Of a DNA stretch of 64,000 nt, positions 12,081 through 25,750 are shown piece after piece. A program made the translations under genes and the position numbers. The stretch is taken from positions 15,748,001-15,812,000 of the forward strand of contig CP158635.1 in the NCBI GenBank assembly GCA_050273025.1, written 5' to 3'. This stretch comes from Cenococcum geophilum (Eukaryota). Position 1 is the stretch's first letter; every line of letters starts with the position of its first letter. The notes below the pieces were generated by a model, which was not told the DNA's origin, made no database searches, and worked only from the letters and a program-made list of their open reading frames with translations.

Positions 12081-14833
12081 AGCGAGGCGTAAGCTTCTTT
12101 CCGCCAGCTGTCTAGAATACGAACTTCGCTAGGCTAGGCTCCATAGCTGCATACGGCAAGGCATTTCAGCTAGGCTATAGTAGTTAGGCTATAGCAGCCA
12201 GTTAGCCCCATTTATACGGCTATACCCTAAGCAGAAAAGCCCTACTACCTTGGCGCTATCCCACCTATTAGCGTTCTTTTATTTATAATGGAAGGGTAAA
12301 GGTATAAATAGCTAACTGTTAGGCATCTAGCCCTAGGGCTTTCTTTTTTATAAGAGCTTAACTATAAGGCTATCGCTTCTTAGTAGTTTATGTATCTAAC
12401 CATAGATATATATCCTCTGCCCCTTACGCACCCTACTATACTTAACAGCAGCCGGTATAGCGTAGGATTCGCCTTAATAAGCATTTTTACCTTACCCATT
12501 ACTTCTATATATTAAGTTCTGTCTTGCGAAGTTTGAATATATTAATTAATATACTTGCTATTAATAACTAATTAATATATAAAGAGCCACCTTTTAGGAA
12601 AGCTATAGATCTATCTACTAGCCTAGATAATGCCGCTATACTTTTTAGTCTTATAGAAGTAAGCTATACCCAATTTCTATAATTAGGTAGTATAGAGTAC
12701 CTAAAAGAGTCTATCTAAAGAGCGAAACAAGCTATAGGCGTAATAGCTAAAGATGACTAGAAACTAAAAGAGAGAGTTGATCTTTTACAGCGCTTATTTA
12801 TAACTCAGTTTCGCTAAACGTAAAGCACTAAGGACCTAGACGAAGCTATTTAGGCTACAGAATAGGCAGTTGCGATTTCATCTAGGGATATGTCTGATTT
12901 AGTAGCTAAGTTATATATCCTAAGCGAGTTACTTAAAGCTCGTTTTAAACGGACCTTAAAAAAAGATAATATAGTAAAAGCGATCTCTAAGTTAGAGCTA
13001 GCTCTTAGTATTACACCTAAAGATTATCCTAACTAGGTAGATATGCTAAACAACCTTAAAAAAATGCTATCCCGCCGATATAAGCAGACGGGAAACTTAG
13101 ATAACTTAGGAGCGGCTATCTTAAGAGTAGAGGAGGCGGTATCTACTACTCCCGAAGACTACCCTAACTAGGTAATATATCTAAACAACCTTAGGAATAA
13201 GCTTAGAATCCAATATAAGCGGATAGGAAACATAGATAACTTAAAAAAAACTATCTTAAGAGGAGAGGTAGCGGTATCTACTATTTTTAAAGACTATCCT
13301 AACTGGGTACTTACGCTAAACAACCTTGTAAATATGCTTAAAAGCCGATATAAATAGATAGGAAACATAGATGACTTAAAAGCGGCTATCTTAAGAGTAA
13401 AGGAGGCGGTATCTGCTACTTCTAAAGGCCATCTTTACCAGGTAAGGTATCTAGACAACCTTAGGAATATACTTAAAAGCTAATATAAACGGATAGGAAA
13501 TATAGATAACTTAGAAGCGGCTATTTTAAGAGCAGAAGAGGCGGTATTTACTACTCTTAAAGACCATCCTAACCGGGTAATATATTTAAATAACCTTAGG
13601 GATAAGCTAATCTGCCGATATAAGCGGACGGGAAATATAGATAACTTAAAAGTAGCTATCTTAAAAGTAAAGGTAGCGGCGTTTACTACTTCTAAAAACC
13701 GTCCTAACCGGGTAGGTAGGCTAAAAAACCTTAGAAGTAAGCTATTAAGTTAATATAAGCGGATAGGGGATATAGATAACTTAAAAGCGGCTATTTTAAA
13801 AATAGAAAAGGCGGTATCTGCTGCTCCTAAAGACTATTCTAACCGGGCAGTTCGGCTAAACAGCCTTAGGGGCATACTATTACGCTAATATAAATAGACG
13901 GGAAGCATAGATAACTTAGAAGCGGCTATCTTAAGAGTAAAAAAGGCGGTATTTACTACTCCCAAAAACTATCCTAACTAGGTAGGTTAGCTAGCCGGTC
14001 TTAAAGGTATACTATTACGCTAATATAAGCGGACGGGAAATATAAATAACTTAAAAGCGGCTATCTTAAGAGTAAAGGTAGCGGTATCTGCTACTCCTAA
14101 AGACTATCCTAACTAGGTAGGTTAGCTAATTAACCTTAGGATTATACTTAAAAGCTAATATAAGCGGACGGAAAATATAAATGACTTAAAAGCGGCTATT
14201 TTAGGAGTAAAGGAGGCGGTATCTACTACTCCCAAAGGCTATCTTTACCGGGCAATATATTTAAATAACCTTAGGGGTAAGCTATTAAGCTAATATAAGC
14301 GGACGGGAAATATAGATAACTTAAAAGCGGCTATTTTAAGAGTAAAGAAGGCGGTGTCTACTACTCCTAAAGGCTATCTTTACTAGGTATTACCTCTAAA
14401 CAACCTTAGGATTAAGCTATTCTACTAATATAAGTGGACGGGAAATATAGATAACTTAAAAGCGGCTATTTTAAGAGTAGAGATAGCGGTATCTGTTACT
14501 CCTAAAGACCATCCTAACTAGGCATATTGGCTAAAAGGCCTTAGAAATATACTTAGAAGCTAATATAAGTAGATAGAAAACTTAGATAATATAGACACTG
14601 CTTTAGACTGCTTTCTAACCTTATTTAAATATTTAACTTCGCCTCCTATTAATTAAGTTAGAGCTACATATAGCGTTATACAAATGCTCTAAGACCGCGA
14701 TAAATGGGAAGGCGCCACCTTAGTCGCCCAACGTGCCGTCTAACTTCTCCCCTTCGTATACAGCCGCTATCTTAGTCGTAAGGATTAACAGCATGCTATT
14801 CTATAAACCTTAGGTCTTACTACTAACTCCTAC
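12081..14833. repeat. Right arm of large inverted repeat A
   Basis: Reverse-complement copy of 2893-6606 lacking seven 135-bp units; homology ends abruptly at 14833. Confidence 0.9.
12605..14833 (+). pseudogene. Inverted copy A2 of the TPR-CHAT gene, 11 TPR units, truncated before the CHAT domain
   Basis: Same N-terminus as A1 (LDNAAILFSLIE...KDLDEAI); repeat anchors at 13111, 13246 ... 14461; the sequence after 14833 does not match A1's CHAT region. Confidence 0.88.
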
Positions 14834-15346
14834 TAAAGTCGCCATCATCTTTAGATTTTAGAAGACGCATTATACTAATAAGTCTATTAGAGAGTATTGG
14901 AAAATATAAAGATAAGTATATAACAACTTACGTTAAGTAAGCGCAATAATATTAGCTATTAGATATTGGGAAATAGTTTAGGGGGCGGGGATAAGCGAAA
15001 TAATACGGGGTAGTACAACTAGGCTACCCCAAGTTTTCTTCTCTTAGCGTTTAAGGCCACTAATAGCGTCGCTAGTACGCTATAGACTTAAAGGCCTCTA
15101 TAGTTTACCTACGCTAGCAGGGAGGGTAGCTAACCTACTCCAGCTATAGGGTTATTAAGGGTCTACTTCCTAGGGAACTATGGTTAGTGTTATTTTAAGT
15201 ATAGCGTTATAGCGGTGATACACTACCTCCGCTGCTTGGCGTTTAGCTTGGCGTGGTTGCTAAGTTAACTAAACTATGCCGAAACCCCTACCAGTCCTTA
15301 AAATGACCACTATTTAACTTTAGGATACAGCCCATCTTATGCCATG

Positions 15347-16100
15347 ATATACGGCTATATTTACATCGCAGCCTCCTTTAAAAGAATCTCAGCATATTAC
15401 ACTGCCTTTAAGCTTTATAGGCGCGCCTTTGACGCCTCCGCAAACTGATAAAAAAGCCTTTACCTAAGCTCCCTAAGTTATCGCACTTCTTAAAGATATA
15501 GCAATCAAAATCCGTAGACATCCTTTTAGCTTATATAAGGGGAATACAATAAGATAGAGCGTCGGCTTAGGCAAGACAAGTCGCTATTTGGGTTTGTTAA
15601 GAATAAAATATAGTACGTAGCCTCTAGCGGGGAAGAGGCACTAGCTAATAATACCAGTCGGATAGATATAACTATAACGGCAGGAGAAATTAACTTACTA
15701 TTCGTATGCCTACTTAGCTATACTAAAGTAGAGCGCTTTTAAGCTTCTATATAAATAAAGGCTTTATAGCGGTAGGTAAAAGAGCTAAATAAAGGGCGGT
15801 ATCCGGAGCGTATATATTCATTATCTTACTACTAAATTAGCAGTTTATGCCCTTAGAGGCATATTCTAGGCACCATCCTCTTAGCGAAGGCATCTATAGG
15901 AAAATATCCTCTTGGGATGCCCCCACTAAGCCTATAGTAGAATGGCCTACTTAGCGCCCCTGCTTTATTTTATTTACAAAATACTATTACTTTCACTGCG
16001 TTTTGGATATTGACTTATAGGTAGCATTACTAGATATTAATATCTAAGATATAAAAGGATCTATATTTACCGGTTAGTGATACCTGCAAGGCTACTACTT
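15347..16100 (+). pseudogene. Degenerate fungal hypothetical gene, possibly a restriction-endonuclease-like (PD-(D/E)xK) family common in accessory regions
   Basis: Reads ...PLSFIGAPLTPPQTDKKAFT(Q)AP(Q)VIALLKDI...GEYNKIERRLRQDKSLFGFVKNKI, then an intron-like break, then YNYNGRRN(Q)LTIRMPT...HCVLDIDL. Family assignment is from memory and weak. Confidence 0.4.
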
Positions 16101-17734
16101 AATATCTTAAAGCTTACCGCAGGCACCTTAAAATGGAATAGTTTAAATATCTAAGTGTATTTTCTTACTACATACAGCTGTTTTTATACATCTTTGCTAC
16201 TAACATATCTGCACTAATATATATAAATCTAGCCTTATTTAAGTAGAGATAAGTATTAATAGTTTATATACCTACCAAAGTCCACTTTCCTTAGCTCTGT
16301 TCTATACTAACAGCTTTAAGAAATATCACTCTATAAAAAGCTATAAAACTATAAATTCCTATAAAAGAAGAGCCAGTATTCTGCCTTAAATTTATAAAAT
16401 TATTCCTTACTATCCACAGAAAGCAGCTAACTCGTCTCTAAAGGTATACTATATATATTTAGGAAATACTCTTATACAGTTACGGTTACTTTTACTCTAA
16501 TAAGTGCACGCGTAAGTGTAATACGGCTAGACAAAATGGCGTATAGTGTGCGGAAAACAATCTAAATAATGTCTGGAATATAAGGACATTATAGGGTATA
16601 TATAGCTGTGATTTAGAGTATAGGACGCCGGAATTGATGTAATAAGCCTTTTAAAGTCAGAAGTGCCCAATGTAGCACTCTTTATTTATAGTTATAAATA
16701 TAGCCAAGTTAAATAAAACCTTAGTCTCTTTCCAAATTCCTCTAGCCTTAGACAGAAAAACTTAAAAATATTATTTCTTAACTCCATCTCTTAAATTACT
16801 GTGTATCTACGATTAACGCTTTATTATATTATTCTAGCTAATATCTCCTACCTCTAATAGACATTTCCCCTTCTTAGGCTTTAAACGGTTCTTCCTTAAC
16901 TTAGTATTATTAGCCAAATGTCCATTAGAGAAGCCTTTAATTAAGAGTACTTATAGCGGCTTTAAATTCTTACCAGATATCCTAGGAGGTACTAGCGTTT
17001 ACTATTTGTATATAAATAGGGTGATCTCTAGGTCTATATCCGCGCCAGTTTTCAATATATCTAAAAGGAACCTCTAGCTTTAGTTAGTATTTATAGATTG
17101 CTTTTAGTTAGTTATTAATACGCCCTAAGAGTTTCGTATCTTTAAGAGTGTGTGCTGTAAGTATGCCACTACGGAGGCGTAATTATAGAAGTTGGAGATA
17201 TATGTCCTCGCTAGGCTTAAAGTAATTAAGTAGTATCGTAATATTTATAAGACTATACGTTATAGCAAAATGGTGAGGCTTGTTCCCTTTTTTATTAAGT
17301 ATAGCGGTTAGATTAGAAATGAGGCCGTTAAGCGCTATATTGAGATCGGGGCCGATATAAATAAGAGTAACTAGAGTAAGCGTGAAGATAAGACGAGAAT
17401 GCCCATCGAGAAGACATTCTAGATTTATTCGGACTTAAGATACTATAAAAGCAATTAGGTAGAGTGAAGAGTTATTAATAGAATTTCCTGTCGCTTAAAT
17501 GATTAGCATTGCTGCTTAACTTGGGGCCGAGCGCTAGAGAGGAAACGATGATGTTAAGGAGGTTTGGGGGATTAAGTAGACCTTGAAAATTAAGTACCTA
17601 ATTTTAGGCGTTAAATAAAAGACTTTTTTGGGTCAGTCGGGTGCTCCCTTAGTCATTGCTTGTTGTGAGGAGTAAGGTGTATATTTTATTATTTGGCCCC
17701 ATACGCGGCGTAGCGCAGTATAGGCACCTAGCTT

Positions 17735-20700
17735 AGTGTTACCTTAGGCGTACAAAGCCTTACACTTTACTATATCTCTAATCTTTTATTCTTTTACTAC
17801 CATTTATACTATTTATAGTTCCTCTATAGTAATTATACTAGAAAATAAAGGTAGGAATAGATAATTGAGATTAGTTTTTTTAGAATTAAGAGCTTCCTAA
17901 AAGCCCTAAACCTAAATATAATGCCTATTAAATTTGTCTTTATATAAAGTTTATGAATATATATAGTGAGAGCTATATTAAGCTTTTTAGTTGTAATAAT
18001 CTATATATATAATTAATACACATCCCTATATACTGCAAAAATCTACACTAATATTTACCTATCTAGTTCTAGGTATTCTATTAAACCTAGCGAGTTAAAT
18101 AGCTCCTCCTTTATAAGGGATCTATCCGTATCCTTAAGCATATATTTTCTCTCTAGAATTGGTCCCAAGAGGAGATTAAGAAAGTGAGTTATCTATTAGC
18201 TATATTTACAGAGAAAACCACTATATTCTTTATCTAAAATATTAATAAGCAATTTAAAATTATCTACTAGAAGTCTTTTAATACTATAGGAAGTTAGCCT
18301 AGTGTAGATTCTGCTAGCAGGAAGGAAGCTTACTCGCAGTTATAAATACTAAAATCACTATTAATTAGGATTAAAGCAAGGATACCAGTGCCAAATTAAG
18401 CTGCTAGTATGTGCTAGTTGCGTCCCTAACTAAGTCTATTTTTTAAGGTGGTTAGTTATTTATTATACTTAACTATATATCTTATAAGTTTAGGATACGC
18501 CTAAGATAGTATATTATCTAAAGCGCGGGAAGCAGCCTAGCCGCAGTGACCTAGTTCTAATATTTGCTCTTTATTTTACTAACGTCTAGTTTACCGGACT
18601 AATTAAAGCTAGTAATTCTATTTTAGCCGCGTATAAGCTTCTACTAATCTAATTAGGTAGAATCGCTTTATAATAAAAGCTGTAGTAAGTAAGACATCTA
18701 ATTAATCTAGAGACTCTATGTTTGCGGATACTATATTACTAAAAAAAAGAATAACTATGCTTATACTCTCCTAAATAGTAAGATAGGAATTCTATAGCTA
18801 TATAAAAGCGTCCTAGCTAGCAACTGTAAAGAATAAGTAAGTAAAGAGCTAGAGCCTATCAGAATTGTCTAATAAGCTATAGTTAGCAAAGGTTTAATAT
18901 ATCTCTATTAACGGAAATTTGTAGTTATAGATAGGTAGAATCTCCTTTAGAGTTTATTTCTATAGCCTCTTAACCTTATAGGAGTGTTAATTATTAACTT
19001 TTTGTTTACTCCAAAGCCGCTTTAATATTGTCCTTCCAGACCTAATAATTGCTGTATTTAGTGTTTTGGTAAGCTTAGCTTACTATAGTTACTTTTTATT
19101 TGTAGGCGATTATACTCCTTCTCTTTAGTATATTTTGCTTTACGGTTTAAAATTATATCTAACTTCTTCTATTATATTATCCCGTCTATAAATATTATCT
19201 AACTCTACTTTATCCTACCCCTCTTTACGCGCCTATATTTAGTCGTCCCGCCTTATATATTAGAGATTATAGTTAATTAATTATTGAGGCTCTTTACAGT
19301 ATTGCTTATCTACCTAAGATAGCGACTGTTCTTTCTCTTCTTTTTAGTTATCCGTATAATTATAGGGTTAACTACTAGGACTTTGCTACAATGTCTCCGT
19401 ACTTTAGATTAATAAGTTTATAGCTATAAAGGGGAACTAGTTTTCCATATAGAATAAAGGGTGTTAAAGAGAAGGCGCGGGAGACTTTTAGGGGGTTATA
19501 TTAGCGCCTTAAGATAGCGTTAAATTACCGTTATAAGAGGAAAACTAATTAGCAGTGCTTACCTTAGTCTATTTAGCTAGCTTACCTATAGGTGAAAGGG
19601 ATAAGCTAGAAGCTAAAAGGAGCTTACTAGGATTAATAAAATTACTATTATAATTCTATAAATCTTCTTTAAATAAGTCTCTGGCAGCAATATAGTATAT
19701 AGCTATAGAATTAATAGCTGTGGAAAGTATAAGCGCCTAATTATAGATTAGTTAGGAATACTTTAAATTTATATCTAAGAGCCAGTTAAGCTTAAAGCAG
19801 ACATTATATTAAAGGATTATAATTTCCTATAATAGCTATATTAGTTATAAAAATTAAACGCGAAGGGGGAAGTAAAGAAGGTATACATTTTCTATCTCGG
19901 CACTAATAGTATTAATCGGTATGCCTTAAGTCGGTTTATTATAAGTAAGGGGATTATAGTTTAAAGGCGGACACTGCGCTTACGTATATAAGTAAAAGGT
20001 GGTAGAATAAAGTCACCTATAGAGATATAGGTCTTAGCTTATTAACTACTTAAATATTTTAAGTAATAAAAGGCAGACCTAGCCTTATAGGGTAACAGCT
20101 CTATTAATAACTACTATTAATAACAATCGCTCTAAGCCATATATTTAAAATCCTAGATAAACCCACCTCCTATAATTATAGCGGCCAACTCTATAGCGGC
20201 CACCTTTCTTTAGCTAAGGAAAGAGGCTTTAGTTAAATAGATAACACCCTATATAATAATTGCGCTAAAGCTTTAACCGCTAATATCTAGGAAACGCCAC
20301 CTTAATAAGGGTATAGTAGGTACAAGTCAGCTATCCTCCCTACTAGTTCCCGCGAGCGTAAGAACCTTAAGATAATACTACTTATATAGTACGTAGTAGG
20401 TACCTAGTGCAATTATATAGATCTATATCTACTACGCTATAATATAAACTAAATGCCTAAACGTACTACAAGGCTAAGGTAAGGGCCAGAAGCTTAAATA
20501 AGGCTATGCTTGCGCTATAAACGCCTAGGTGTCGCGGCCCAACTAGCTCCGCTTATAACCCTTAGTAGAGAAAATAAGTCCTTACTATACACCTTACTAT
20601 AAGCACCTAAATACCAAAGTAGATATATAGAACCCAAAACAACGCGCTTTTCTATCTTATTATATAACCTTTACGACCTAACAGTACTACGTTTCTCTCT

Positions 20701-23700
20701 AGCGTTATATTATTCCTATCTCCATTAAGCGCTATTATACTATTTCCGTCATTTACACCTATATCCTTATCCTTACCGTTTACCCCCACAACCTCTTTTT
20801 TAAAGGTTAGTTAAATCTTTATCTGCCCTAACGTCGCAGATACACTACTATTAAGTTTTATTATTTCCTACGCACTATCCTCTCTAACTAGCCTACACTA
20901 ATTATCCTTATGCATTGTCTTAACTATACTATCGCCCACTTTTATAGCTTTAGGGATAATGTTATAGCTAGCTGTCCTAGCCGCGCTGGTTCCGTCTATT
21001 GCCTAGCTCCATTTAATATCTATATCTTAAAGCGCTCTGACGGCTCTGTATAATCCCCAATATATTACTTTGTCGGTTATACCTTTATCCTAAATAGTCT
21101 TATATAGGAGCCTCGCCATACTAATATAATGGCTATTAAATACCTCCTAAAGCGTACCGATAATATGGCGAAAGCCTATAAGCTAACAGGCACTAATAAG
21201 ATAAATTACCTTATTAGTGAATCTCTTAGCGTTATTTACCCTGGTCGAGCAAGCGGAAAAATAGCTAAAGAATAGTAAGTTTTCTTAAAAGCTATAATTA
21301 TAAAGATCCGCTACTGTCAATAAATTGGTTTTTTAGTCTCTTAAGAGTAAATAGCTCTATAAAGGCTTTAAAGGGTCTAAGCGTCTATAGCCGGCAAAGT
21401 AGAAAATTTTACATATATATAGCTGTGATAGAACATCCTTCTTAAGCTATAGTGGCCTAACTAGCTTTAACTATAGCGACGGGTAGAGTTCCTTTAGTAT
21501 ATCCTCCTTATTACTAATAAAAGGAAGGACTAGATTTATTAATAGACCTAGTGTTTCTTATATAGCGACTAGTAAAGCATCCTTAGACACTAAACGTATA
21601 GGCTTTAGTACGCTATATTAGCGGCTATATATTAGTGCCTTAACTAATAATATATGGGATAATATAACTCTATTAAGTACTATTATAATAAACCCTTTAA
21701 CATAACGGCCCGCCGTATGAATTGGTAAGTAGCTAAGTAGTTTAGTGAGGATCTACTATATATACGGCCAATTGTTATCGGCTGGTATTTGCTAAAAACC
21801 TAGTGCCTCCAATATTGGGTATATAGCGATATTCTATAGCTATTTTAGTGTTTCTAATGTTATGCAAGTCGACCGTATATATTATGCCTTTAGTTTAACT
21901 TCTTCTAGACTTAGTTTAGGCAATTTTAATACCCTAATCTAATACTGCTTAATAAGGAATGCGTTATAATAATAGGGACTTATATTAATTACTATAACAG
22001 GACCTAAATTAGTAGCAGCTATTAATTCCTTTACGGCTAGTAAAAGGAGAAAGTTCTAAAATCTAGGCTAAGCACAAATCTATATAATAACTATATTAAA
22101 CTTTGCACATACTTTGTGGCGTTAATTTACCTATAATGTTAATAAAGGTATAGTATTACTAGGTGCTAGAAGAGCTATCCTATTAGTAGGCGAGTTAAGT
22201 TAATCTTAAAGGGATATAAATTCCTTTGCCAATTTAGGGTGCTACTACTTAATATCGGAAATATCTATACGCATCTCTAATAGAAGACTGGTAATAACGC
22301 CGCGACTAAGTTCTAGGAGTTTTAAGGCATAATAGGGTTCCTTTTCTACGTTTAGAGCAGTTACCGCAGCTGTAGACGCTAAGCCCGTAAACCCCCCTAG
22401 TATCTTCTGCTTATTAGCATTTTTTAATAATTATAGACTTAAGGCTAAGAGAAGCTTTACGGCGCCTTATAGAATATTGCTTAATTCTTCCTAGTTTAAC
22501 TAGGAGGTAAGGAGCCTAGCTATATATTAAGCTAGGGTAATACAAATAGAAGGTAGAGTGGTTTAATAATTCCAGCCTTCCTTAAAAGAGAGAAGGGATT
22601 GTTTAAGATCGTTTATAGCCCTAGTCCGCTCAAATCGCCTACTAAGCCTATTTCCTAGGTTATCTAATATAGCAGCATAATTAGGGTAGTTAAGAGGCGT
22701 AGCGGCCACGGCCTTATTAGCAACGTTAACCGCGCGGTTTAGATTATCTATAGCCCTAGTCTACTTAAATCGCCTACCAAGCTTGTTTCCCAGGTTATTT
22801 AACTAGCTAGCTTAATTAGGGTAGTTAAGAGGCGTAGTAGCTACGGCCTTATTAGTAACGTTAACCGTATAATTTAAATTGTCTATAGCCCTAATCCGCC
22901 TAGATCGCGTACTAAGCTAGTTTTCTAGGTTATTTAATATAGCAGCATAATTAGGGTGGTTAAGAGGCGTAGCGGCTATAGCCTTATTAGCAATATTAAC
23001 TATATAGTTAAGATTATCTATAGCCCTAGTCCGCTTAAATTACTAGCTAAGTAAGTTTCCTAGGTTATTTAACTAGCTAGCTTAATTAGGGTAGTTAAGA
23101 GGTATAGCGGCTACAGCCTTATTAGCAATGTTAACTACGCGGTTAAGATTATTTATAGCCCTAGTCCGCTTAAATTATATACTAAGCCAGCTTCCTAGGT
23201 TGTTTAACCTACTAGCTTAATTAGGGTAGTTAAAAGGCATGGCGGCTATAGCCTTATTAGCAATGTCGACTATATAGTTAAGATCGCCTATAGCCCTAGT
23301 CCGCTTAAATCGCCTACTAAGCCTATTTCCTAAGTTATTTAACTAGCTAGCTTACTTAGGGTAGTTAAGAGGCGTAGTAGCCACGGCCTTATTAGTAACA
23401 TTAACCGTATAGTTAAGATCGCCCATAGCCCTAGTCTGCTTAAATCGCGTACTAAGTAAGTTTTTTAGGTTATTTAACCGGCTAGCTTAATTAGAGTAGT
23501 TAAGAGGCGTGGCGGCCATAGCCTTATTAGCAATATCGACCGTATAGTTTAAATTGTCTATAGCCCTAGTCCACTTAAATTACGTACTAAGCTAGCTTCC
23601 TAGGCTGTTTAACTAGCTAGCTTAATTAGGGTAGTTAAGAGGTGTGGCGGCTACGGCCTTATTAGCAACGTTAACCGTACAGTTTAAATTATCTATAGCC

Positions 23701-25750
23701 CTAATCTGCCCAAATCGCCTACTAAGCCTATTTCCTAGGTTATTTAATATAGTAGTATAATTAGGGTAGTTAAGAGGCGTAGTGGCCACGGCCTTGTTAG
23801 TAATGTTAACCGCATAGTTTAGATTGTCTATGGCCCTAGTCCGCCCAAATCGCCTACTAAGTAAGTCCCTAAGGTTATTTAACTAGCTAGCTTAATTAGG
23901 GTGGTTAAGAGGCGTAGTGGCTACGGCCTTATTAGCAACGTTAACTACGTAGTTTAGATTATTTATAGCCCTAGTCCGCCTAAATCGCCTACTAAGCCTA
24001 TTTCCTAAGTTATTTAACTGGCCAGCTTAATTAGGGTAGTTAAGAGGCGTGGCGGCTACGGCTTTGTTAGTAACGTCGACCGTATAGTTAAGATCGCCTA
24101 TAGCCCCAGTCCGCCTAAATTACCTACTAAGTAAGTCCCTAAGGTTATTTAACTAGCTAGCTTAATTAGGGTGGTTAAAAGGCGTAGCGGCTACGGCCTT
24201 ATTAGCAATGTTAACTATATAGTTAAGATTATCTACGTTCCCTATCCTTTTATATCGCAAGCTAAGTATAGCCCCTAAGCTACTTAATATACTACCCTTA
24301 TAGTGATATCCTATTAGCGCTATACTTAGTAACGCCTCTATAATGCGAATAGCTTCTTTTAAGTATTTTACTGCGCCTGTCTCCTAGTAGCTTCTTACTA
24401 GTTATACGGCTTAATTTCTTTAAATACTAATTTTATTAATTTTAAATACTTGGATTATTCTAATAGATAGTATTAGTATACTAATAGCTTAACTTCCCTT
24501 TAACTTACTAACCACTAAAGATATAGAGGTATACTTGTTTATCTTATAAGTAAGCTCCGCCTTTATTATTGCAAGTGGCCTAAAAGAGGGTAAAGGTTTG
24601 GATAAAACTATAACTTACCTTTCTTCTAAAAGGTTTAGCTTCTTTAGATCTTCTAACTCCTACTCTTACTTGCATATTCTAGCCGATATAGTGTTAAAGA
24701 TTTTCAAGTGTTGCGCCTAGTCCTAGTAGCTATCGGGCGTTACTACTAGCCATTCTTCTGCTCGCTTAATGGCTTATCTAAGATATTTAATTGAGCTTAT
24801 CCTTATAGAGATGAAGAAACAAACGTAAATAAATAATTCGATCTGTATATCGCTTGCGGGATCTTCTTAAAACTCTACAAAGGTGCGTAAGTCTTTATTA
24901 CTTATCTCCTTAAGTAAACTAGCCATCTTAGCCTTAACGTGAAATAACTCTATCTTTAGCGGATATTTATATAAACAAAAAGAGGTAGAGTAGGGAGAAC
25001 GTATATGAAGCTTCTATAAGAGTAAGGTTGATATTATCTAATCTACCGCGATTAGAAACTCCTATAATAACGATATAGGCTAATATAAAAACAAAGTTCA
25101 GCCTTATCTAAAAGGCAGTCCTAATAGCCGTTTACCGTAGAATATCGCTCTATGGGCCTATCCAAAAAGATAGATAATTAAAAAATCTAAGGTATATGTT
25201 TAATAGGCTATTCCTAGCTCTCTTTTACAGCTATATTATCGATTTTAGCTAAGTTTTAGCATATCCATCCTAGGTTGCCTTAGAAACTTATAGCTATTAG
25301 CTATTGGCCTTTAAGCTAAATAGTAAGGCTTAGAGCTCTAGTTTAGTCCTAGTCTATTGACAAGCAGCTTAGAAGCGGTCGGCAAGTATTATAATACCAT
25401 AATAGGGTGGTTATTTCTTAATTTGGAAATCACGGAGGCAGCTAGTGCCGTTTAAATCTTCAATACAGCCCATTGGCTTCTGCCTTCCTATCCTTATGAT
25501 GATAAGCTTAGCTTACCCTACTATAAAAGCCACAAAGCGACCCAGTTCCGTCTATTCTATAAACATAGATTAGTCAGCTCTATATCTACCCCACACAGTT
25601 ATAAATATCGTGCTATATTAGCTATAGTAAACACTCTTCCTTATACGCGGATAACTGTATATATATTGCACAGCTTTTACCATTTTTAGTAATTCTTATA
25701 TTTACGATACAGCTTAGCAAGGTAAAGCCTGGCTAGAAGACGCCAACTAC
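17735..25750. repeat. Left arm of large inverted repeat B (partner about 30915-39590)
   Basis: 17735 agtgttaccttaggcgtacaaagccttacactttactatatctc is the reverse complement of 39547-39590. Matching is continuous through 20600 and the TPR-CHAT gene, then patchy to about 25750. Confidence 0.9.
20607..24953 (-). pseudogene. TPR-repeat + CHAT protease B1, RIP-inactivated
   Basis: 12 clear 135-bp TPR units (anchors 22621 ... 24106); CHAT motifs IFYFAGY(R), SYFSACST, GFRHIIGTL(W)EV and terminal WVLYIYFGI*. Confidence 0.9.
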
